64,000 nt of DNA from contig OZ024743.1 in the NCBI GenBank assembly GCA_964016885.1, positions 77,438,001 through 77,502,000 of the forward strand, given 5' to 3'. This DNA comes from Eledone cirrhosa. Taxonomy: Eukaryota. The notes beneath the pieces were generated by a model. It worked only from the letters and a program-made list of their open reading frames with translations, made no database searches and was not told the origin of the DNA. Shown here piece by piece: positions 50,560 through 60,857 of this stretch. Position 1 is the first letter of the stretch; the number at the start of each line of letters is the position of its first letter. The position numbers were made by a program, and so were the translations under genes.

Positions 50560-51647
50560 AGCCTACACAGTCTACACACCAACACACCAACACAGTCTAC
50601 ACGCCAACACACCAACACAGTCTACACACCAACACAGTCTACACACCAACACAGTCTACACACCAACACAGCCTACACACCAACACAGTCTACACACCAA
50701 CACAGTCTACACACCAACACAGTCTACACACCAACACAGTCTACACACCAACACAGTCTACACACCAACACAGCCTACACACCACACAGTCTACACACCA
50801 ACACAGCCTACACACCAGCACAGCCCACACACCAACACAGCCCACACACCAACACAGCCTACACATCAACACAGCCTACACATCAACACAGCCTACACAA
50901 CAACACACCAACACAGCCTACACAACAACACACCAACACAGTCTACACACCAACACACCAATACAGTCTACACACCAATACAGTCTACACACCAACAGTC
51001 TACACACCAACACAGCCTACACATCAACACAGCCTACACACCAACACAGTCTACACACCAACACACCAATACAGTCTACACACCAACAGTCTACACACCA
51101 ACACAGTCTACACACCAACACAGTCTACACACCAACAGTCTACACACCAACACAGTCTACACACCAACACAGTCTACACACCAATACAGTCTACACACCA
51201 ACACAGTCTACACACCAACACAGTCTACACACCAACACAGTCTACACACCATCACCGTCTACACACCAACACCGTCTACACACTAACACCGTCTACACAC
51301 CAACACAGTCTACACACCAACACCGTCTACACACCAACACTGTCTACACACCAACACAGCCTACACACCAACACCGTCTACACACCAACACCGTCTACAC
51401 ACCAACACCGTCTACACACCAACACCGTCTACACACCAACACCGTCTACACACCAACACCGTCTACACACCAACACCGTCTACACACCAGCACCGTCTAC
51501 ACACCAGCACCGTCTACACACCAACACCGTCTACACACCAGCACCGTCTACACACCAACACCGTCTACACACCAACACCGTCTACACACCAACACCGTCT
51601 ACACACCAACACCGTCTACACACCAACACCGTCTACACACCAACACA
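50560..51647. repeat. 17-bp AC-rich minisatellite (ACAC(A/C)GTCTACACACCA)
   Basis: Direct tandem array; the CAGTC variant dominates the 5' part and CCGTC the 3' part. Confidence 0.96.
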
Positions 51648-52075
51648 TACTAGATAAAGTGGGAGGGTGGTGTATACTAGATGTAGGGGGAGGGTGGTAC
51701 ATACTAGAGTAGGGGGGGTTGTGTATACCAGATGTAGGGGTGAGGTGGTGGTACATACTAGATTTAGGGGGAAGGTGGTACATATTAGATGTAGGGGAGG
51801 GTGGTACATAGTAGATGTAGGGGGGGGTACATACTAGATGTAGGGAGAAGTGGTACATACTAGATGTAGGGGGAGGTGGTACATACTAGATGTAAGGGAG
51901 GAGGAGGTACATACTAGATGTAGGGGGGAGGTGGTACATACTAGATAGAGGGGGGAGGTGGTACATACTAGATGTAGGGGGAGGTGGTATATACTAGATG
52001 TAGGGGGAAGTGGTACATACTAGATGTAGGGGGAGGTGGTACATACTAGATGTAGGGGGATACATACTAGATGTA
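51648..52075. repeat. ~26-bp G-rich minisatellite (TACATACTAGATGTAGGGGGAGGTGG)
   Basis: TAGATG at 52021 and 52047; variable G-run length. Confidence 0.93.
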
Positions 52076-52079
52076 TATC

Positions 52080-52600
52080 TCAGCCCCTTCATATGGGATG
52101 GTGGGTCTTCTGTATTACTGTGACAGAGATCATGGTCCTGTGTCATCACCTTTTATCAGCTATTATCATTTCATCCCAAGTCTTCCTACTACATAGCTTC
52201 CATCAACTTTGAGTACTCTGCATTTTTTTATACAGCATTTTATACAGCGGCCATCCTTCATAAGCATCCCATGTCTATACCAATGCAATCTCCTCTCCTG
52301 CACACTGCATCTAATCCTTATGCCCAGATTCTCTCTCAGTTCATTTATGCTTTGCCATTCATTTATATTACTATTAAAGCTTCATTCCTTTCCAATCTTC
52401 ATAGGTCCTCTGCACACAACACCCAGATCTCACTACTATGCAACATATCGCTCGCTCTCACCCCTTCCTCATAATTGAGGGTTGGGTGTCATGGACTTAT
52501 GGACCAGCACTCTCCATTATTTCCTGTCGCTTGCTATTGTCATACATTCTACCAAACTACTTCCTGTCCATTCCTTAATATCATCTGTCCATCCTTTTCA
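52080..52600 (-). mobile_element. Two decayed RTE-type 3' fragments
   Basis: 52080-52445 matches the local RTE C-terminus; 52455-52600 translates on the minus strand as GWTDDIKEWTGSSLVECMTIASDRK*WR. Confidence 0.75.
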
Positions 52601-52631
52601 ATAAATGACAGTCTTTAAAATTCCATTCCAG

Positions 52632-52720
52632 GATATTGTGTGGAAAATTGAGGCTTTGAAGAAAAAAGAAGATGAATTCTATTTGCAAAATCCAACATTA
52701 TTTACCAAACCTAAAGAATT
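52632..52720 (+). CDS. MRPS9: MRPS9 exon 7 (DIVWKIEALKKKEDEFYLQNPTLFTKPKE)
   Basis: TTCCAG acceptor and GTAAGT donor; 89 nt, phase 0/2, exactly what is needed to join exon 6 to exon 8. Not in the ORF track. Confidence 0.85.
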
Positions 52721-52836
52721 GTAAGTTGACTTTTGAAATACATTGGAGAAATTGTTATTAGTGGGATGGCAAAGACAGAATACCTGCCGCCCTGAATGTT
52801 CTATATCATCATCATCATTGTACATTGTATGTATGT

Positions 52837-55800
52837 CATCATTATCGTTTAACGTCTATCTTCCACACTAACATGGGTTGGACAGTTTTGTTCCACTTGA
52901 GGCGAGATTAGTCGGGAGACCGTGTCTCGCTCATACAGAACTGTCTCTGGCAGGTTTTCTATGGCTGGATGTCCTTCCTAACACCAACCACATTTACAGT
53001 GTGGACGGGAAGTCTTTTTTACTGTGTCTCCTACATGACCACTTTACAGTGTGGGCTGGGTCCTTTTTGTTGTGTCACTGACACAACCACTTTACAGTGG
53101 ACAGAAATGGGGCGGTGGAGTAGGGTGTGTGGGGTGTATGTTGGGTTAAGAGGTGCCCAGTTACTGTAGGTTTAAGTTTGTATGCAAGGGAAGGCTGGTC
53201 GTCTGTACAATTGCATAGCGCCAAAGATCTGGATCCAGTGACATTGTCTTTGAGAGGTGTAAGTGAGCAAGGTCAGGTTTTTCTTGGTCTACCCACTTTG
53301 TAGCTTCCGTCAATTTTGATCGCTCTGCACTTTTTTATACAGCTGTTGTCCTACATACGCATCACGTCCATACCAACGCAATCTCCTCTCCAGCACACAA
53401 CATTTGATACCTCTTCTGCTTAGTCTCTCTCTCTCAATTCGTTTATGCTTTACCATTTGCATACATTATTATTACACATCCATCGTAGCATGCAAGCTTC
53501 ATTTCTTTCTAATCTACACAAGTTTTCAGCACACAACGCCCAGGTCTCACTACCATGTAACATTGCCGTTCATATATAAGCATCATACAATCTGCCTTTC
53601 ACTCTTAGAGAAAAACCCCTTGTGGCCAACAGCGGTATTAGCTCTCTGAACTTTTTCCATCCCGTACTAACTCTGGCTACTGTACTTTCAGAGCACCCTC
53701 CTCCACTGATTTTGTCACCCAGGTAACGGAAGGTGTCTACTATTTCTATAGAAAACATCTGGGCAGTTGAAGGAGATAGCATCCAGTGGGCCCTTGCTAC
53801 TTACTGCACTTAAGCATCGGCCACATATAAAATCTACATTCTTAGATAGCTTGCCTGTGATCCCACTACATCTTTTGTGTACCCATAGTTTGCATTTGGG
53901 GGCATACAATGGAATTTCTACCTACTCCCTTCTTACACACTGAGCATGGCTATTTCGCAGAGGGTACCTGTACCGTATTCTCCTTTCTACATACTAGAAC
54001 TTTAGTCTTAGACAAGTTAATTTTAAGGCCTTTTGATTCTAGGCCATGCTTCCATGTTTGGAATTTCTTCTCTAGTTCAGCCATCGATTCAGCTATGAGA
54101 GTTAAATCATCTGCATATAGAAGTTCCCATGGGCAGCCGGTCTTGAACTCCTCTGTTATAGCCTGAAGGGCAATAATAAATAGGAGGCGGCTAAGGACAG
54201 AGCCTTGATGAACACCAACTTTTACGCTATATTCTTCACTATATTCATTGTTAATTCTAACCTTGCTGACTGTTTCTCTATACATGGCTTGTATAGCCCT
54301 CACAAGCCATTCATCAACACCTAGTTTTCTGAGAGCTCACCAGATAATGGAGCAGGGGACTCTGTCAAAGGCTTTCTCCAAGTCAACAAAAGCTAAGTAG
54401 AGGGGTTTCCTTTTAGATAGGTACTTCTCCTGTAGTTGCCATACAAGGAAAAGAGCGTCTGTGGTGTTTTTACCTGGCGCAAACCCAAACTGCATTTCAT
54501 CTAGATCAATTTGGTCTCTAATCAGTTGAGTAATAACTCTTTCTGTGACTTGGTCAACTAACTTAATGCCTCTATAGTTTCCTCTATCTAGTGCGTCTCC
54601 TTTGCCCTTGTAACAGTTGACGATGATGCTGCTAAGCCAGTCATTTGGTATGACCCCATTCTATATTACTTGGTTTACTATCCGGGTGACCATAGTATGT
54701 CCCACCATTCCAGATGCCTTCATCATTTCACCAACTATCCCCAAAGGCCCAGCTGCCTTGCCTGTCTCATATTTTTGATTGCCTTACTTACTACACTACC
54801 ATTAACTTGCACAGATGGTCCCTCTGTCGGATCAATGTGGGCAGACTATCTTTATCCCATTCATTCTCCTCATTTAGTAGTCTCTTGTAGTGACACTTCC
54901 AAGCTACCTTCTTATCAGTATCAGTCAGGGCAAGTACACCATCATCATTACGGACACACTTCTCCCCAACAATATCACGGTTCTCCTTGACACATTTTCT
55001 TGCGATCCTGAACAGCTCACGTTTTTGGTCCTTGTGTTGTATACTTGTCTCCTAGCTTTTCTCCTAGCCACATGATAGTGTTTTCTTATTCCCCCATCCC
55101 GCCATGCTTTCCAAGCCTGTTTTTGGACCTGATTGTCTCTTCAACCTTACTGTTCCACCACCAAATTACTCCCCTCCTGCCTATAAGTCTGCTCCAGCCA
55201 CAGCTTTCATCTGTCTCCTTCAGCAGGTTAACTTTCAAGAATTCCCACTGTTCCTCTATATTGTACATCTCTAATTGCTCTTCCTTACTGTCAAAAGCAT
55301 CAAGTAATATGCTTTTAAATTTGTTACTGGCTGTGGAGTCCTTCAACTTCCATATTCTTCTCCTCAAGGTAGTCCTCCTCTGTCGTCGAGTACGTCTAGT
55401 CCTGACCATGACGTCACTAACTATTAGGCTATGCTGGGAGGTGCATTCTTCACGGGGGAGGGACTTAGTGTTTACAACAGACACTCTTTCCCGTCTTCTA
55501 GTAAGAACAAAATCTATCTGGCATGTTCCTCTGATCTATAGGTGATCAAGTGATTGTCTCGTTTTTTGAAGTTTGCGTTACAGATAGTTGGGTTATTAGC
55601 ATCACAGAATTCCAGGATTCTGAAGCCTTCGTCATTTCTAGTACCAAACCCATAACCTCCATGCATTTCGTCATAGCCATCACAATGTTGTCCAACGTGA
55701 CCATTAAGGTCGCCAGCAATAATTATGTAGTCATTGTCAGTTATTTTGGAGGTAGTGAGCATTAGTGACTCATAGAACCTGTCCTTTATATCGTCAGGTA

Positions 55801-56135
55801 GGCCAGATTGGGGTGCATAAGTGGATATTATTGACACAGTTGTTCTATTTAGAACTAGTCTTATTTTAATTATTCTGTCATTCACTCTATTTACAGCAAT
55901 TACTTTATTTACCCATTTTTCTGCTAACATAATTCCTACTCCACTCAGTCCGTTGTCATTTCCCATCTGGAAAAGTTTATAACATCGTTTTTTGCCCACA
56001 ATGAATCTAGCAGACCCACCTCTCCACCTAGTCTCTTGAACACAACAAACATCAACTTCCTTACGTTCAAGCATCTCTACATCCTCATTTAAGCGACCTT
56101 TCAATGTGCCTACATTCATGGTACCAACTCTGAAG
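52837..56135 (-). mobile_element. Nearly full-length, disrupted RTE LINE
   Basis: APE start FRVGTMNVGTLKG..VCCVQETRW, AGDLNGHVG, RT YADD, finger and tail; multiple frameshifts. Confidence 0.95.
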
Positions 56136-56149
56136 TTTTGGAGTTCGCT

Positions 56150-56455
56150 GGGAGGAATACAAAAATTGATAGCAGAAGTGTTGGTGATAAGCACATTTTT
56201 CAAATGCAGGTAGGATCTATAGAGGTGGTTGATAGCTTCTGATAAATAGGTGGTCAAATTAGCAAGCGAGAAGGATGGTTTGAGGCCATAGTATCTAGAA
56301 TAAGGACGGGATGGGAGATGTTTAGGGAGCTGCTTCTTCTGTTGACAACGAAGGTTTTTCTCTCTGCGAATGAAAGGTCGGTTGTATGAGGCCTGTGTGA
56401 GATGCGCGATGCTGCATGGTAGAGCTTGCTTGGTGAGGAGGATGATATTTGGACA
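56150..56455 (+). mobile_element. RTE RT C-terminal fragment in opposite orientation
   Basis: MKGRLYEACVRCAMLHG; closer to the 39164 subfamily. Confidence 0.8.
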
Positions 56456-56904
56456 CCCTGGCAAAGGGTGGAGGAACTCAGCAGAGTCAACGGCCATCCA
56501 AATAGTATTTTTTTTTTTTTTTTCTTCATCTGGGAGTAAAAGGCCCCCAGTTGTTGTCACAACACCTTTCTAGGAGTGGGAAACTCTGAAAAGAAAATCT
56601 CTGACTTCGGAAGCATCCGATGATGTTGACCAGTTTGCAGCCATCATATATATAATCATCATCATATTGACTTACAACATTTTTAGGGCATTTTTAAACC
56701 TGCCGGAGCCTATCCTCTTTCCAGGTCTGAATACACCAGATTTTTTCCAGCGAAGGATAGAGAGTGAGAGAAAGAGATATAGGGGAAGAATTGACCCCAG
56801 TACACGACTGGTACTTTTTTTTTATTGACATTAAATGGATGAAAGGTAAAATTAACCTCGGCAGGATTTTAACTGAGAGAGCAAAGAGTCGTCATCATCA
56901 TCAG

Positions 56905-56936
<32 letters not shown>

Positions 56937-57537
56937 CATACACTTAACATGTGTGCACGACCTTAGGTTTCAGTGTCCTGTTATGGCCACCACTGTAGAT
57001 TGGAAGAGCTGGCCCCTCGTCAGGCACTCGGTAAAAAAAAAAAAGAAACTTTATTTATACTAAATAAGCTCTTTTGTAATAGATTAAGCATTGTTTTCCT
57101 AGATCTTTTATCTACGGATTTCCTGCACATACACAGACATCTACACACATATACGTACACGCTTACACACAATCATCTACACACACCTGCCTGTAGATAC
57201 ACTCATAGACACTCATTCAACACACGTGATAATACACAGACACACTCACATACATAGAGCATACAGAAAAAGCCCACACGTACACACACAAAACCAAAAC
57301 ATGGCAGACTTCATTTTACAAGACACTGGGACACATATTTAAGCCATGCACATCTACCAATTTCTCTCCTTCAACAGACACACAACTACATCCCCCCCCC
57401 CTCCTGCCTAGACCTTTCACACCCACCCTACATTATATATATATATATATATATATATATACTTACGGTAAACATTGATGCAATTCAATTAAAGCACTCA
57501 ACGCATTTTTTCCACATAGGAGTGACAGAGTATATTT

Positions 57538-57878
57538 AGAATGAGAAAATAGGAAGTAGTTTCAGATGTTAAAGTCCTTTATTGATAATGCTGTGATACA
57601 TATTTCAATGACGACAGTGGCCACATGATTCCGTGTACCCAGTGCCATGACATCATTAGACAGCTTTTTACATAATAAGGTTACGTTCCCAAAGCAATCC
57701 AAAGTGAAACGACAAGGGAACGGACAAAGCGGGTGTTCTTGAATCCTTCACAATGGAACGGGCGAAGGATTCAAGCACTGGGTACACGGAATCGTGTGGC
57801 CACTGTCATTATTGAAATATGTATCACAGCATTATCAAGGTTTTTAACATCTGAAACTACTTCGCATTTTCTTATTCT
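57538..57878. mobile_element. Foldback/MITE-like element with ~105-bp imperfect inverted arms
   Basis: 57538-57646 is reverse-complementary to 57775-57878; ~130-bp spacer. Confidence 0.75.
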
Positions 57879-57883
57879 ATATA

Positions 57884-59179
57884 CAGGGTGCGGACGATAT
57901 TTGTTCGCAAGATTACTGTCTAGGAAAAAATAACACAGTAGTTTTATTTTTTAAGATATATTTATCAAACTTGGGTCAGTTTCTTTTCATGACTTGTTCT
58001 TTCGATCTCACCCGATAAACCCGCCATTGGCTTTGATGACGGCCTCGGAACCGGCTACAGGCCTTCGTCACTGTCCCCTGACTTAGGCCCGTAAAGGCAC
58101 TTGTGATCCTGGCCTTCAGATCGTCTTTCGTATTGCAGCTAGATCTGTTGGTGTCTCGTTCCACTGTGCCCCACACAAAGAAGTCGAGGGAGTTGCAGTC
58201 AGGCGAGCTGGGAGGCCAGATGTCAGGTGAAGTGTGGTTGACGAAGTTCTCTGACAGCCAGGGTTGGGTCTTTCGGCTGGTATGGCAGGGCACTGAGTCT
58301 TGCTGCCACACATACGGCCTACCTGCAGCTACCTGGTCGATCCAGGGGTTTACTACCTCGCTCAGAACGCGGATGTAGCCATCGGTATTCAGCTTGAGGC
58401 CCTCAGGCAAGCAGTGAGGTGGCATGACGTCACCTTGACTGCTGATGACACCTAAGACCAATGTTGTCGCTGGAAACTTTGTCTGCATGACTCTGGGCAC
58501 ATCTTTGGACGAGACAGCGAGCCACCTGTTGTTCTGAGAGTTGATCTTCTGGTCTTGGCAGAAGTTTTTCTCGTCGGAGAAAAACCACAGCATGTCTGGC
58601 TCCAGTGGGTGTTTCAACTTGTTGATCAGCTTCTTTGCGTGCTTCAGTCGCTTTTCTTGCATCGCTTTTGACAGAAATTGTCCTTTCTTCATCTTGTATG
58701 AAATGTAGCAAATGTCTTCATGTACCACCAGCCTAATGAGCTTTTCATCCACGCCTTTCTCCCTTGCAATGGCACGCATCGACTTGCTAGGTTCATTGTT
58801 GATGATATCCTGAACTTCAGCGATGAACTTGGGCGTTCTGAAGGCGTCAGATCGTCGATCATGTGTTTTCCTCTCTGATGTTGCTTCGTAGTCGAATCCT
58901 GAATCTTCCAATTCCTTTCTGACCTTTTCCACCATTCTCCTGCTGACGCTGAGAAAGTCTGAAATTTCCTAATTTGTCCTCCCGGCGTGGATTCCAAGAA
59001 GAACTCCGTGTCTCTTCCACAAATTTGGAGGTTCAAAATTATTCATAATCAATTATTCTGAAAATAAATAATGGGAATATAGTCACTGTTTTTATGAAGA
59101 CAAGAGTGAGAACGGAAGTAAAAAAAATTTGCATAAAATTAGCAGTTGAAAATTGCGAACAAATATCGTCCACACCCTG
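57884..59179 (-). mobile_element. Tc1/mariner superfamily DD37D (maT) transposon, defective transposase
   Basis: TA|CAGGGTGCGGACGATATTTGTTCGCAA TIRs with TA duplication; FSDEK...QQD-37 aa-D (SPDCNSLD); ATG at 59046 in frame with a TAG at 58969-58971; apparent C-terminal frameshift near 58040. Confidence 0.95.
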
Positions 59180-59206
59180 TATATATATATATATATATAT
59201 ATATAT

Positions 59207-59583
59207 TGGCTTAGTGGTTAGAGCATTCGCCTTGCAATCGAAAGGTTGTGAGTTCAATTCTCAGACCAGATGATGTGTTCTTTCCTTGAGCAAGACACTT
59301 TATTTCACATTGCTCCAGTTTACTCAGCTGTAGAAATGAGAAGATAGGACTGGGGTCCCTATCATTCCACTGTAAAGTGGTCGTGGAGGGGCCATGGCAA
59401 AAAAGCACTCAGCCCACACTGTAAAGTGGACGTGTAGGCGCCATGGCAAAAAATCACCCACCACTCACTGTAAATGAGGTTGGTATTAGGAAGGGCAATC
59501 AGCTGTAGAAATGAGGCCAGAATCAGTTCCCATCCCACCCTTGCAAGCAGGGAAAAGCGGACATAAAATGATGATGATGATGA
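59207..59583 (+). mobile_element. SINE family A with tRNA head and RTE-type tail
   Basis: TGGCTTAGTGGTTAGAGC A-box, GAGTTCAATTC B-box, central TTGAGCAAGACACTT, then RTE-like UTR subrepeats and (GAT)n. Confidence 0.85.
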
Positions 59584-59764
59584 TCATCATCATCATCGTT
59601 TAATGTGCATCTTCCACTCTAGCATGGGTTAGACGGGAGTTGTGCCACTTGAGGCAAGGTTGGTCGGGTGACCGTGTCTTGCTATATATATATATATATT
59701 TTAATTTTCTTCCCTATCCTTCTCTAACTACTGTTACGTGTATCTGTTCTCTCCTTATCCAAAC

Positions 59765-59800
59765 TTTCCTGAAGAAGGACTTCTGTCCGAAACGTCGAAA
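59765..59800 (+). ncRNA. Minimal type I hammerhead ribozyme motif (Penelope-type)
   Basis: TTTC-CTGAAGA-A-GGAC(TTCT)GTCC-GAAAC-GTC-GAAA: intact core, 4-bp stems I and II, loopless palindromic ACGT stem III. Confidence 0.7.
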
Positions 59801-59877
59801 TCTCCTCCAGTTCCAGCAAGCCTAATATAACTGTAAAATTATCTCCTGTGTTTTGTTTCATTTATTAATTATATGTA

Positions 59878-60249
59878 TCATCATCATCATCATTTTACGT
59901 CCCCTTTTCCCTGCTTGCAAGGGTGGGATGGGAACTGATTCTGGCTTGATTTCTACAGCTGGATGCCCTTCCTAACACCAACCTCATTTACAGTGAATGC
60001 TGAGTGCTTTTTTTCTGTGGTGCCTACACGTCCACTTTACAGTGTGGGCTGAGTGCTTTTTTGCCGTCGCACCTCCACGACCACTTTGCAGTGGAATGAT
60101 AAGGACCCCAGCCCCTATCATCTAATTTTTACAGCTGAGTAAACTGGAGCAATGTGAAATAAAGTGTCTTGCTCAAGGAAACAACACATCACCCGGTCTG
60201 AGAATTGAACTGACAACCTTTCAATTGCAAGGCCAATGCTCTAAGCCAT
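59878..60249 (-). mobile_element. SINE family A, inverted partner of 59207-59583
   Basis: Reverse-complement match over the full length with scattered mismatches. Confidence 0.85.
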
Positions 60250-60454
60250 ATAATAAAAAACAACCAAAGTTGTTGTACATTTAATTGAACAATTTCACCA
60301 GGCTAAATAAGAACATGTAGTATGTTCTCATTGAAATCCAACTCATCAGGATCTACAAAATATATTCAAATTAACATTAACAAGATATTGCCTTCTGTTG
60401 TCCATATAAACTGGTGTAAATGTCATGATGACCTAGCGACGACCTATGGTTAAA

Positions 60455-60857
60455 GGGAGATAACCACACTGTTTGGAGAGGACCTACGAAGAGTGGAAAG
60501 AAATGAAGCTTCCATTCTTCAATGGATGTATAATAGTAATATACATGAATGGCAAAACATAAGAAGAATCAGATGTAATGTGCAGGGGAGGAGATTGTGT
60601 TGGTATGGACATGGGATGCTGTATAAAAAGGTGCAGGGTGCTCAAAGTTGATGGAAGTTGTGGTGTAGGAAGACTTGGGATTGCACTCTTGAAGGCAATC
60701 ACAGGATTGAGATCTCTGGTGTTATGCAATAATACAGAAAACCCACCTTCTAGTGAACACAGGTTGAAGCATACAACTTGTGTGCACTACTTTCTCCCCC
60801 CCCCCCTTTCGTACATCTTCACATCCTAACACTCCACACACCAATCACCACCCAAAC
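60455..60857 (+). mobile_element. Decayed RTE 3' fragment leading into the 48-bp satellite
   Basis: GAGGACCTACGAAGAGTGGAAAGAAATGAAGC (EDLRRVERNEA) and UTR similarity to 43380-43520. Confidence 0.8.

Noticed and set aside
50553-51653. 366-aa Thr/His/Gln-rich ORF as a mucin-like gene
   Set aside because: Translation of a 17-bp AC-rich minisatellite that lacks stop codons by composition.
52600-52645. Exon 7 acceptor derived from the adjacent RTE fragment (exonisation)
   Set aside because: The antisense HNILEW resemblance is short and out of frame with the RTE remnant; exon length and phase fit an ancestral exon.
59207-59275. tRNA gene
   Set aside because: A and B boxes are present but it continues into SINE body and tail, lacks a full acceptor stem, and recurs in decayed copies.
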